In this document: piece by piece, positions 1 to 8,963 of the stretch
How the letters are laid out: every line of letters starts with the position of its first letter
Numbering within the stretch: position 1 is the first letter of the stretch
NCBI GenBank assembly: GCA_964633865.1
Contig: CAZWIJ010000002.1
Coordinates: forward strand, 64,628-128,627
Length of the DNA stretch: 64,000 nucleotides
From: an uncultured Candidatus Saccharibacteria bacterium
GTDB lineage: Bacteria; Patescibacteriota; Minisyncoccia; SW-4-49-11
Direction: 5' to 3'
Notes under the pieces: generated by a model
Databases searched by the model: none
Seen by the model: only the letters and a program-made list of their open reading frames with translations
What the model was told of the DNA's origin: nothing
Program-made: the position numbers and the translations under genes

Positions 1-365
1 TAACATATCTATTATATCAGGATATAGGAGGTTTATCAAATAAGATAAAATTAATAAATAAAAAAAATCTTCTCAGAAGTATGAAAACTGAGAAGATTTT
101 TAGAATACCTGAAACAACTAAAGTTTAATTATAATATAATTAAAAATAATGAAATAATTTGTGTTATAAACAAGTTTGCAAAATAACTTGTCTACATATA
201 TATTATACATCTCTTACAATAATATTGCAACACAAACTTATCAACATTATTGTGGATAACTCTATTATTTATCCACAGATACCATTTTATAAAGATTATA
301 GTTTAAATTTTTGTTTATATAATAAATTTCTAATTTCAACTAAAAAAGCTCAATATAAGATTCTA

Positions 366-716
366 TTAATTTACAAAAACAGTATTTTTTACTTTCCATT
401 TTTTAAGAGATATAAATATCCAAAAAGAGTAAATACCCAATGTTATAACTAAAAGAAATAACCATTTTATCCATAAACCAAATAATCCTATTCCTGTACC
501 ATTAAATTTTAACCTTTTTCCATTAATAATGGTATGATTTATTTCCCAACCATAAACCAAGCATAATGCCCAAGGGAATCCAATCCCAAATGTGAGAAAT
601 GTAATTAAAAAACCCAGTATATTTATACCTATAAAAGATAATAATCCTCCATCGAATTTTGATTCTCCTAATGCTCCATTATCAACGGAACTACTAATAT
701 TACTTTGCTCTACCAT
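366..716 (-). CDS. small hypothetical integral membrane protein (3-4 TM helices)
   Basis: 116 aa ORF, hydrophobic segments (GFLITFLTFGIGFPWALCLVYGW, LFLLVITLGIYSFWIFI); no recognisable catalytic motif. Confidence 0.4.
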   Translation of the reverse strand: MVEQSNISSSVDNGALGESKFDGGLLSFIGINILGFLITFLTFGIGFPWALCLVYGWEINHTIINGKRLKFNGTGIGLFGLWIKWLFLLVITLGIYSFWIFISLKKWKVKNTVFVN

Positions 717-854
717 AAATGCTATTTAATTATAAATATAAAAATTACCTATATACCCATTTTACAATATTTATACTAAAAATACTATATATAGTCTATT
801 TCCCAAACTCCCCCAATTATGCTAAAATAAAAATAAGTTTAAAAAATTAGAGTT

Positions 855-3800
855 ATGCAAGAGATTATCCAAAATTATCTAAACAATATCCAATCCCTCT
901 ATCAATCAGGCAATGCACGAGAACATGCTTATCGGCCTGCCTTCCAAACCTTGATTGAGAATCTAATCGTTGATATTCAAGTTATAAATGAACCATCTTA
1001 TACTGGTGGAAATGCACCCGACTTTCTTTTCAAAAAAGGAGATATACCTATTGCTTATGCAGAATGTAAAGATATAAATATAGATATCAATTCAAAATCA
1101 GTCCAAGCACAAGCCCAAAGATATGTAGATGCATTTGGTAAAATTTTGCTTACCAATTACTATGATTTCCAAATTATGATAGAAAATCAAGACCCTGTCT
1201 TCTTTTCTATAGCCAAATTAGAAAATAACAAATTTATCTTAGATGAAGAGAATTTAGATCAAAATCTAAATCTACTCCGAGATTATCTCTCCCCAACTCC
1301 TCGTACAATCCGCTCTTCCCAAAAACTAGCCGAAATAATGGCAAACAAAGCAAGAATCCTAAGAGACACAGCCAAAGCTTCGCTTACCGAAAATCCAAAT
1401 TCGGATATTCAAGCTCAATATCAGACTTTCAAACAAATTTTGATAAATGATTTGTCCGAAGATGATTTCGCTGATATGTATGCCCAAACTTTGGTTTATG
1501 GGCTTTTTGTAGCTAGATATCATGATTCTACATTACCAACCTTCTCAAGATATGAGGCTCAAGATCTTTTACCACAGACCAACCCTTTATTAAAAAAATT
1601 CTTTGGTCATATTGCTGGAACAGATTATGACCCCAAAATTGCTTGGTTAGTGGATAGCTTAGTAGAAGCTTATCTTTCTACCAATGTAGCAGAACTAATG
1701 CATACTGAATTTACTAGCAAAGAAAAAGACCCTATTCTACATTTTTATGAGACATTCCTATCCAAATATGATTCCCTATTAAGAAAAAGTCGTGGAGTTT
1801 ATTATACACCCAAAGCCGTAGTCTCTTTTATGGTGAGAGCCGTTGATCAGATTTTACAGGCAAAATTTAATCTTCCACAAGGTTTGGCAGATACCAGTGT
1901 GATTGAATATGAGAAAAAAATTCAAGCAAATGATGCCAGAACCAAAGATAATCTAAAGAAAATCAAAATACAAATTCCCAAAGTCCAAATACTAGATCCA
2001 GCTGTAGGAACAGGGACTTTCTTAGATGAAGTCATAAAACAAATTCATACCAAATTCCGAGGCCAAGAAGGGCTTTGGTCAAGTTATGTCAGTAATCATT
2101 TGATCAATAGACTACACGGATTCGAGCTGATGATGACAAGCTATACAATGGCTCATCTCAAATTAGGTATAACCTTAGACGAGTTAGGTTACAAAGGGAA
2201 AGATAGGTTGTCAGTTTGGCTTACCAATAGTTTGGAAGAAGGTGTCCACGAAGTGCCAAATTTATTTATGTCTCAGTGGCTCACCGAAGAATCCAATCAA
2301 GCTTCCAGAATAAAATCAGAAATGCCGATTATGGTAGTTTTGGGAAATCCACCGTATGCGGTTAGCTCTTCTAATAAAGGAGAATCTATCACAAAACTTA
2401 TTCAAGACTACAAAAAGGATCTGAATGAAAGAAAGATAAATTTAGATGATGATTATATAAAATTTATAAGATTTGCTGAGGATCAAATAGAAAAAACAGG
2501 TTATGGAATAGTCGCTATGATTACCAATAATTCTTTTATTGATGGGATTACTCATAGACAAATGAGAAAACATTTGATGCAGACTTTTGATCAAATTTAT
2601 ATATTAGATTTACACGGAAATTCTAAGAAAAAAGAAACTGCCCCAGATGGCTCAGCAGACCAAAATGTCTTTGATATTATGCAAGGAGTTAGTATCAATA
2701 TTTTTGTTAAAAATAAGAGCGAGTTGCAAAAATTACCCTCCAAAAAAGATTTAGCCGAAATTTATCATTCAGAAATTTTTGGGAAAAGACAAGCTAAATT
2801 TGACTTCCTGAACCAAATCAACTTTAATTCTATCAATTGGCAAAAATTAAATCCTTTAGGACCTTATTACTTTTTTGTACCTAAGGATTTTAAAGATCAA
2901 ATTGAGTATGAGAAAGGCTTTAAAGTTAGTGAATTGTTTGAGGTTAATACAAGTGGAGTAAAAACTCATCATGATAAAGAATTAGTTTCTACTTCAAAAT
3001 TTAATACCGAATATAACTTAAGTTATAACTATAGAGCTTTTGATAATCATTTTATAAATTATGATAGAAATTTAGTTGAAAGAGATAGATATAATGTTAT
3101 GAAACATTTTATCTTAGGTGATAATTTAGGATTAATTTTTAGAAGAACAATAGAAAATACAAAAAATTGGCATCATATACATATTACGAAAAACATGATG
3201 GACATTAATTTTCTATCTGCTCAAACTTATAATTTCCCACTTTATCTTTATACTCAGGCAAGCTCAGCAGAACTTAAGACCTCCTCTCAAACCACCCCGC
3301 CCTTTGGGCACCCCTCCATCGGAGGGGAATTAAAGACCTATTCTAACTCCTCCTTTGGAGGAGAAAATTCCTCTTCTTTGAAGGGGTGGACTGCGGAGCA
3401 GAACGGGGTAGTCAAAAAACCTAATCTAAATCTAGAAATAGTAAAAGAAATTGAGGGTAAATTAGGGTTGAGATTTATTCATGATTTAGAGAATAAACCA
3501 CCCCGCCTTACAGGCACCCCTCCGACGGAGGGGAATAATAACATCTACTCTAACTTCTCCAAAGGAGAAGAAAATTCCCCTTCTTTGAAGGGGTGGCAGT
3601 CGCAGAATGACGGGGTAGTTAGTTCTGAAGATGATAAACCCCAGTCTGTCGGAATAGTTAAAAATGAAACTACTAGAAATACTTTAAACTATAAAAGTTT
3701 ACCTTTTAATCATAAACTACAAGATAGAGCTAAAGAATTAAGAAAAGCAGGTAATTTGGCAGAAGTTGTATTTTGGAATCAAGTTAAATCTAAAAAATTT

Positions 3801-4619
3801 AAAAATTATGATTTTGACCGCCAAAAAATAATAGGAAATTATATTGTAGATTTTTATTGTACAAATTGTAATGTAATTATTGAAATTGATGGAAGTAGCC
3901 ATAATGACAAACAAGAATATGATACAGAAAGAGATTTATATTTAGAAAGTTTAGGACTTACTGTTATTCATATACTAGACACTGATGTACTTAATAATTT
4001 AGATTCTGTAATGGAAATGTTATCAAGTCACCCAGCCTTAGAAAACAAACTAACTCACATTTCAGATACTTCCTCTCAAACCACCCCGTCCTTTGGGCAC
4101 CCCTCCATCGGAGGGGAATTACTAACTTTCACTCCCCTAGATTTACTAGATTATATCTATGCTGTACTCCATAATCCAGACTATAGAGATAAATACAAAG
4201 AATTCCTAAAAATAGATTTCCCAAGAGTTCCTTATCCAGAAGATCAGGAGAAATTTTGGCAACTTGTCAAATTAGGTGGAGAGTTAAGAGAACTTCATTT
4301 ATTAGAGTCTCCCAAAGTGAATGAATATATCACACAATATCCAATTGATGGAGATAATATAGTTAGTAAAGTTAGATTTGAAAAGTCTATTTCTGAAGAT
4401 GTAGGCAAAGTCTATATCAATGAAACTCAATATTTTGATAATGTACCGATTATAGCTTGGGAATTCTACATTGGAGGTTATCAACCAGCTCAAAAATGGC
4501 TAAAAGACAGAAAAAACAAAACTTTATCTATTGATGATATTCTTCACTACCAAAAAATTATTGTTGTTCTTTCAAAAACAAATCAGATTATAGGGGAGAT
4601 AAGTGCGTTGCCGATATAA
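855..4619 (+). CDS. Type IIG/IIL single-chain restriction-modification enzyme (N-terminal PD-(D/E)xK nuclease + gamma-class N6-adenine DNA methyltransferase + TRD), MmeI-like architecture, carrying an in-frame DUF559/Vsr-like endonuclease domain insertion
   Basis: N-terminal D..E.K motif (NAPDFLFKK...IAYAECKD). Motif X G.YYTP (GVYYTPKAVVSFMV). SAM motif I (ILDPAVGTGTFLD). Motif IV NPPY (VVLGNPPYAVSS) about 118 aa downstream, as in MmeI/HsdM gamma-class MTases. 1254 aa. A DUF559 signature (AKELRK...YDFDRQKIIGNYIVDFYC...IIEIDGSSH...RD..LESLGLTVIH) lies inside the C-terminal third. Confidence 0.8.
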   Translation: MQEIIQNYLNNIQSLYQSGNAREHAYRPAFQTLIENLIVDIQVINEPSYTGGNAPDFLFKKGDIPIAYAECKDINIDINSKSVQAQAQRYVDAFGKILLTNYYDFQIMIENQDPVFFSIAKLENNKFILDEENLDQNLNLLRDYLSPTPRTIRSSQKLAEIMANKARILRDTAKASLTENPNSDIQAQYQTFKQILINDLSEDDFADMYAQTLVYGLFVARYHDSTLPTFSRYEAQDLLPQTNPLLKKFFGHIAGTDYDPKIAWLVDSLVEAYLSTNVAELMHTEFTSKEKDPILHFYETFLSKYDSLLRKSRGVYYTPKAVVSFMVRAVDQILQAKFNLPQGLADTSVIEYEKKIQANDARTKDNLKKIKIQIPKVQILDPAVGTGTFLDEVIKQIHTKFRGQEGLWSSYVSNHLINRLHGFELMMTSYTMAHLKLGITLDELGYKGKDRLSVWLTNSLEEGVHEVPNLFMSQWLTEESNQASRIKSEMPIMVVLGNPPYAVSSSNKGESITKLIQDYKKDLNERKINLDDDYIKFIRFAEDQIEKTGYGIVAMITNNSFIDGITHRQMRKHLMQTFDQIYILDLHGNSKKKETAPDGSADQNVFDIMQGVSINIFVKNKSELQKLPSKKDLAEIYHSEIFGKRQAKFDFLNQINFNSINWQKLNPLGPYYFFVPKDFKDQIEYEKGFKVSELFEVNTSGVKTHHDKELVSTSKFNTEYNLSYNYRAFDNHFINYDRNLVERDRYNVMKHFILGDNLGLIFRRTIENTKNWHHIHITKNMMDINFLSAQTYNFPLYLYTQASSAELKTSSQTTPPFGHPSIGGELKTYSNSSFGGENSSSLKGWTAEQNGVVKKPNLNLEIVKEIEGKLGLRFIHDLENKPPRLTGTPPTEGNNNIYSNFSKGEENSPSLKGWQSQNDGVVSSEDDKPQSVGIVKNETTRNTLNYKSLPFNHKLQDRAKELRKAGNLAEVVFWNQVKSKKFKNYDFDRQKIIGNYIVDFYCTNCNVIIEIDGSSHNDKQEYDTERDLYLESLGLTVIHILDTDVLNNLDSVMEMLSSHPALENKLTHISDTSSQTTPSFGHPSIGGELLTFTPLDLLDYIYAVLHNPDYRDKYKEFLKIDFPRVPYPEDQEKFWQLVKLGGELRELHLLESPKVNEYITQYPIDGDNIVSKVRFEKSISEDVGKVYINETQYFDNVPIIAWEFYIGGYQPAQKWLKDRKNKTLSIDDILHYQKIIVVLSKTNQIIGEISALPI
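3282..3332 (+). repeat. GC-rich palindromic repeat R1 copy 1 (tcctctcaaaccaccccgccctttgggcacccctccatcggaggggaatta)
   Basis: near-identical copy at 4080-4130; contains hairpin cccctcc/ggagggg; translated in-frame as SSQTTPPFGHPSIGGEL. Confidence 0.85.
3360..3412 (+). repeat. GC-rich repeat R2 copy 1 (…ttctttgaaggggtgg…cagaacggggtagt)
   Basis: similar copy at 3555-3620; translated as NSSSLKGWTAEQNGVV vs NSPSLKGWQSQNDGVV. Confidence 0.7.
3496..3537 (+). repeat. degenerate R1-like GC-rich hairpin repeat (accaccccgccttacaggcacccctccgacggaggggaata)
   Basis: shares the ccaccccgcc…gcacccctcc..cggaggggaa core with R1 copies. Confidence 0.65.
3555..3620 (+). repeat. GC-rich repeat R2 copy 2
   Basis: aligned by eye to 3360-3412. 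Confidence 0.7.
4080..4130 (+). repeat. GC-rich palindromic repeat R1 copy 2
   Basis: 50/51 identical to 3282-3332. Confidence 0.85.
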
Positions 4620-4681
4620 AAAAATTTGTATAATAAAAATAGATATAGGGAAAGTCTCTATGTTTATTAATTTATACAATT

Positions 4682-5215
4682 ATGAATAATTTCATATTAT
4701 TTGACAACAACTACAAGAAAACATTTTTTGTATTATCTTTAATAGGAATACTTACTTCTTATGGATTAGATTTTTATAAAATAGGAAATAATAATATAAT
4801 ATATTTGGCAATTTACTTAGTTATAGTAGGAATAAGTGTATTTGATATAAAAAGTATTGCTTTTGATAAACTAAAAATAGAATTTAATAAAGTGAAAGAA
4901 CAAATAGAAACAATATCCTTTTTAAGTTTTATTTTAGCTAGTAGATGGGATGGTCCAGAATTAGATAAAATAAAAAATTTTTTAATAAAAGAATATATAC
5001 CAAAGATTCAATCTCCACAAACACAAGATGTAATCAATTATATGAATGCATGGGAAGATTTTGATAATTATCATTATGAACATGCTATAAGCAGTATAAA
5101 AGATGAAGAAGTTAGAAAACAAAAAGAAAATTATGCAGAAAAGAAATTATCAAAAGCAACCGATGAATTTTTAGATAAAATTAGAAAAAAAAATTCACCA
5201 AGAAACCTTTATTGA
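4682..5215 (+). CDS. hypothetical membrane-anchored protein (2 N-terminal TM helices + soluble C-terminal domain)
   Basis: 177 aa ORF; hydrophobic N-terminus; no recognisable motifs. Confidence 0.45.
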   Translation: MNNFILFDNNYKKTFFVLSLIGILTSYGLDFYKIGNNNIIYLAIYLVIVGISVFDIKSIAFDKLKIEFNKVKEQIETISFLSFILASRWDGPELDKIKNFLIKEYIPKIQSPQTQDVINYMNAWEDFDNYHYEHAISSIKDEEVRKQKENYAEKKLSKATDEFLDKIRKKNSPRNLY

Positions 5216-5347
5216 TGAGTCACATAAAATAGTTTATAATTTATCATAGATAAGACCACTGTAGATTGAGTTAGATGTTCCCATCCATAGGTTGGCAAAA
5301 GCTATGATTTATAGATAGAAAGTCTAACCAGAAAAAATCTACAGGGC

Positions 5348-5376
5348 TCTCCCCTCTTAATTGAGGGGTTTTTATT
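5348..5376 (+). terminator. intrinsic terminator hairpin (cccctc-ttaatt-gagggg + T-run)
   Basis: perfect 6-bp GC stem followed by TTTTTATTT. Confidence 0.5.
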
Positions 5377-5456
5377 TATATTATTTTCTCTAAAGAAATA
5401 CATCTTTTATAATTCTTAATGATCCTTATCTTACTATAATATTTTGTTAAGATATA

Positions 5457-5485
5457 TTGACAAAATAACTAAAATATGTTATAGT
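5457..5485 (+). promoter_or_regulatory. sigma70-like promoter (TTGACA-17-TATAGT) upstream of helicase gene
   Basis: consensus -35 plus near-consensus -10 at 17-nt spacing, roughly 10-35 nt upstream of the two candidate starts. Confidence 0.4.
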
Positions 5486-5495
5486 TAGCTAGTAA

Positions 5496-7460
5496 ATGTA
5501 CTTTCACAAGAGAAAAATTATGACCACTTTACTACCTATTTCTAGTTTCAAATCTCAGATTTTAGATTCAGTTTCTAATAATTCTGTGGTGATCATCACT
5601 GCGGAAACCGGAGCTGGAAAATCAACTCAAGTGCCACAATTCCTAGTGAATTCTGGCTATCGTGTGGTTGTAACCCAACCAAGGAGGCTGGCTGCCACTT
5701 CCGTGGCTGAAAGAGTGGCTGAAGAAATGGGGTGTAAACTCGGAACTTTTATCGGTTATCGTACCGGTGAAGAATCCTGTTGTTCCAATGGCACTCGCGG
5801 GTTATTCGTAACCGATGGGTTACAACTTGTTCGTGAGTTGACCTCTGGAGGTCAGACTGATGTACTAATCATTGATGAGGTTCACGAATGGAACCTCAAT
5901 ATTGAAGTATTAGTTGCTTGGTGTCGTCATCAGCAACAGCTTGGGTCACCTCTCAAGGTAGTGCTGATGAGTGCTACGATGGAGGCGGAAAAGTTGGCCG
6001 AATATTTTGGCAATGCTCCAATAATTTCCGTCCCAGGACGAACTTTTCCAGTGGAAGAAAAACAGGATACAAGTGATTCTGTAGTAGCTAATGTGAAAGC
6101 ATTGGTGGCTGAAAATCGTAATATTTTGGTTTTCCAACCTGGTAAAGCTGAGATTGAAGAGTGTATCTATGAAATTTCTCAAGAGATTGGAGAAAAAGCA
6201 GTCCTATTACCTTTACACGGTAATTTGACTTCTGAGGAACAACATAAAGTTTTTCAAAACTATAACCTTCCTAAGGTTGTAGTTGCCACCAATGTAGCTC
6301 AAACTTCAATCACTATTCCTGACATTGATGCCGTAATTGACACAGGAGTTGAAAGACGGATTGAGTTATCGGACGGTATTGAAGGATTGTACTTGAAAGA
6401 AATTTCTCGTGCAGACTGTATGCAACGAAAAGGTCGTGCAGGCCGAACAAAAGAAGGGATCTATATCTTATGTAGTGAGACTTCTTTGGAGGATCGTAAT
6501 GAATTTCCAAGGTCTGAAATTGAAAGATCTCGTTTGGATCAAATGGTATTGAGACTCGCTGTCGCTGGATTTGATGCCTCAGAGTTAGATTTCTTCCATG
6601 ACCCTGGTCATACCATTATTCTTGAGGCAAAAAGAACATTACAGGTTCTTGGAGCTCTTGATCACGATGGCGAGGTGACTCAGATTGGTCGTCAGATGTC
6701 TCATCTTCCCCTCTCTGTCCAATTCTCCCGTATGGTAGTGGAAGCTGCTCGTTATGGAGTCTTGGATGAAGTCATAACAGTAGCTGCTATTCTTGAAGTT
6801 GGTGGTATCACTGCTCGAGACGGTCGTTGGGGTAAGTTGACCAAAGAGCATGATTCAGATTTATTGGCACAACTTGATGTATATCAAAAGGCATGTGAGT
6901 TGCACAAGTCTGAGTTACATGAAAGCGGGATTTGGGTAAAAAACTTTTACCGAGTAAAAGAGCTTCGTCGTAAGCTCTGGAAATCGGTGAAAGGCTTAAA
7001 ATCCACTCCTCCCATTGTAGATGAAGCCTCTTCTCGTGATATGATCAAAAAAGCCTGCTTAGCAGGCATGGTAGATCATGTATACCAATCACGAGGTCGA
7101 AGACTCTACTCTAATGGAGACTATGTTATGAGACAGATTGCTCGTGAATCAGTAGTTGTCGGCGATGAGATTGTGGTAGGGCTTCCTTTGGACATCCAGA
7201 TTCGCTCTGGCAGAACTCTGAATTTGATTCAGATGGTGACCAAAGTGGATCTAGAAACTCTAAAAGAAGTTGCTCCTCAACTATTCGAGTTTGACGAAAA
7301 CTATACTCAATATGATGTCAGAAATGATGTTGTAAAAAGTCAAGGCTCAGTCAAATTCAATGGACAAGTAATTCAGTCTAATATATCTCAACCTTGTGCT
7401 GACAAAGCCAAGGCTACAGAAGTATTGGCTGAATACTTAGCTTGTCAGACAACTCGTTAA
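5496..7460 (+). CDS. DEAH-box ATP-dependent helicase, HrpA/HrpB-like core (probable true start ATG at 5520)
   Basis: Walker A TAETGAGKST, DEVH box (IIDEVHE), SAT-like (MSAT), QRKGRAGR motif VI; 654 aa; GC content visibly higher than flanks. Confidence 0.85.
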   Translation: MYFHKRKIMTTLLPISSFKSQILDSVSNNSVVIITAETGAGKSTQVPQFLVNSGYRVVVTQPRRLAATSVAERVAEEMGCKLGTFIGYRTGEESCCSNGTRGLFVTDGLQLVRELTSGGQTDVLIIDEVHEWNLNIEVLVAWCRHQQQLGSPLKVVLMSATMEAEKLAEYFGNAPIISVPGRTFPVEEKQDTSDSVVANVKALVAENRNILVFQPGKAEIEECIYEISQEIGEKAVLLPLHGNLTSEEQHKVFQNYNLPKVVVATNVAQTSITIPDIDAVIDTGVERRIELSDGIEGLYLKEISRADCMQRKGRAGRTKEGIYILCSETSLEDRNEFPRSEIERSRLDQMVLRLAVAGFDASELDFFHDPGHTIILEAKRTLQVLGALDHDGEVTQIGRQMSHLPLSVQFSRMVVEAARYGVLDEVITVAAILEVGGITARDGRWGKLTKEHDSDLLAQLDVYQKACELHKSELHESGIWVKNFYRVKELRRKLWKSVKGLKSTPPIVDEASSRDMIKKACLAGMVDHVYQSRGRRLYSNGDYVMRQIARESVVVGDEIVVGLPLDIQIRSGRTLNLIQMVTKVDLETLKEVAPQLFEFDENYTQYDVRNDVVKSQGSVKFNGQVIQSNISQPCADKAKATEVLAEYLACQTTR

Positions 7461-7543
7461 TTTTATTTATAGTGCCAATATATTATATATTGGTACATTC
7501 CTGAAGTTTTGAAAGATCATAATTTGTTCTTTTCAAGATTTCA

Positions 7544-8953
7544 GTGAATGTAATTTTACAATTTAATTTTTTCTGGAGAATTTTTATTATGGATTTCGCT
7601 ACTATTATTTCTTTCAATAAAGCTATTTTGAAAACTGCTCGTGAGATGAATCTCCGAGCCAACCAAGATATTTTCACTGTTAAATCTGAGCAGGAAATGA
7701 AAGAGTTTTACTTGAAAGCTCTAGCTGGAGCAACCACTATGACTGAAGTCAAAGATTGGGAAGCTCTAAAGCTCCCCGCTCTTGATCAAGATATGATCCT
7801 CTTAATTGAGGAAGAATATCCCACAGTTATATTACTGGGAGATTCAGAGATTCAGGCAGAATACACTATGTGGAGTAAAAATGCTCCAATGGTTAATTTC
7901 AAATTTTCTGAAGAATCTTTAATTAAAGCTTTTGAGAATAACTGGAAAATTCCATTCGATACCGAAGGACGATATAAAAGATTTTCTTATAACAATTTTA
8001 TAGAAGCTTCCTTAGAAGAACTCTATCATAAAGTTGTAAGTGAAGAAGTGAACTCGAAACTTCGCAAACTTAACCAAAGTCTTGAAGAAACTACCTTTAG
8101 TTCTCTTCGTGAGATTGCTCCCAATCAACTTGGAGCATGTCAGACCGTTCAAATTATGAATCAAGAATTTGAGGTCTACAAAGCACTCCGATTTTCCTAT
8201 GGGGAATACTTCTTCCAACTCTGTCAAGAGAAGGAAGAAGCACTAGAGGGCACTATTTCTACATTAAACAGTTATTGGGATTTAAAAACCAATAATATGA
8301 TTAATGAGATTATTGGTCAAGAATTCTTCACTGAGAATTGGCTACGACGAGATTCTTTCCTGAATTCTATCAAAGCTCAACTTGAGCAATTGTCTGAAGA
8401 ATGGAAAGAAAATCCCGGATTGATTCTCGAGTCTCTGGAGAAATTTCAAAACTTACTCAACTCTTTTGTAGATGCTTTTATCCTAGAATACTCTGTATTT
8501 GAAAAAAGATACGAGTCTCTAAACGATAAAAAAAATTCCATGAGTATGTCATGGGAAATTCGAGAAGAGGTTGGAGAATTACTTTGGAATACTTCCCTGA
8601 CGGGAATTTTATCTGAAGAATCCAAAAAATTGGATAAGGCAGAAAGACTACTTAATTCAGTTAGCAATGCTTCTGAACTTAAAGAGGAGGAAGAAGATCT
8701 AGAAGATAATTCTGGGGAAGAAGTTGTCTTTACTGATATTGGCAATCGATATTTCACTTGTCAATGTGGGTATAACAATCGTCTAACAAAATCTGCTTTC
8801 AAAGCCTATCAAGTAGGAGAAATCCTAGAAATTGAGTGTGGAGGTTGCGGAGGATATGGAGAAATTAAAAAATCTCAATCCTCCGACAAAAAACCCAAAG
8901 ATAGTGATCTTAGCTCTAGCTTAGATGCTATCCGTCAAAAATGGGGTAAATAA
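7544..8953 (+). CDS. hypothetical acidic protein with C-terminal CxxC…CxxC zinc-ribbon (probable start at 7589 MDFATII)
   Basis: 469 aa ORF. C-terminus has CQCGYN…CGGCGG; no other recognisable domain. Sits immediately downstream of the helicase with similar elevated GC. Confidence 0.55.
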   Translation: MNVILQFNFFWRIFIMDFATIISFNKAILKTAREMNLRANQDIFTVKSEQEMKEFYLKALAGATTMTEVKDWEALKLPALDQDMILLIEEEYPTVILLGDSEIQAEYTMWSKNAPMVNFKFSEESLIKAFENNWKIPFDTEGRYKRFSYNNFIEASLEELYHKVVSEEVNSKLRKLNQSLEETTFSSLREIAPNQLGACQTVQIMNQEFEVYKALRFSYGEYFFQLCQEKEEALEGTISTLNSYWDLKTNNMINEIIGQEFFTENWLRRDSFLNSIKAQLEQLSEEWKENPGLILESLEKFQNLLNSFVDAFILEYSVFEKRYESLNDKKNSMSMSWEIREEVGELLWNTSLTGILSEESKKLDKAERLLNSVSNASELKEEEEDLEDNSGEEVVFTDIGNRYFTCQCGYNNRLTKSAFKAYQVGEILEIECGGCGGYGEIKKSQSSDKKPKDSDLSSSLDAIRQKWGK

Positions 8954-8963
8954 TTTATCCTAA

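Larger units (their letters stand above)
3282..4130 (+). mobile_element. putative DUF559 (Vsr-like endonuclease) selfish element inserted in-frame in the RM gene, bounded by 51-bp GC-rich direct repeats
   Basis: 51-nt direct repeats at 3282-3332 and 4080-4130 (1 mismatch) lie exactly 798 nt (266 codons) apart. Internal GC-rich hairpin repeats and a DUF559 domain lie between them. Local GC is far above the genome background. Confidence 0.45.

Noticed and set aside
159-452. 97-aa plus-strand ORF at the window start
   Set aside because: Extremely AT-rich, low-complexity translation (runs of I/Y/K/N/F), overlaps the convergent membrane-protein gene on the other strand; looks like a chance ORF in AT-rich DNA
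3282-4130. Possibility that the in-frame insertion is an intein
   Set aside because: Boundaries lack the Cys/Ser…His-Asn-Cys/Ser/Thr splice junction residues. The embedded endonuclease is DUF559/Vsr-like, not LAGLIDADG/HNH. Direct repeats at the borders point to DNA-level insertion instead
4302-8757. Antisense ORFs 4302..4493, 5946..6182, 6313..6510, 6639..6851, 7483..7677, 8012..8227, 8446..8757
   Set aside because: All lie entirely inside well-supported longer genes on the opposite strand and have low-complexity translations
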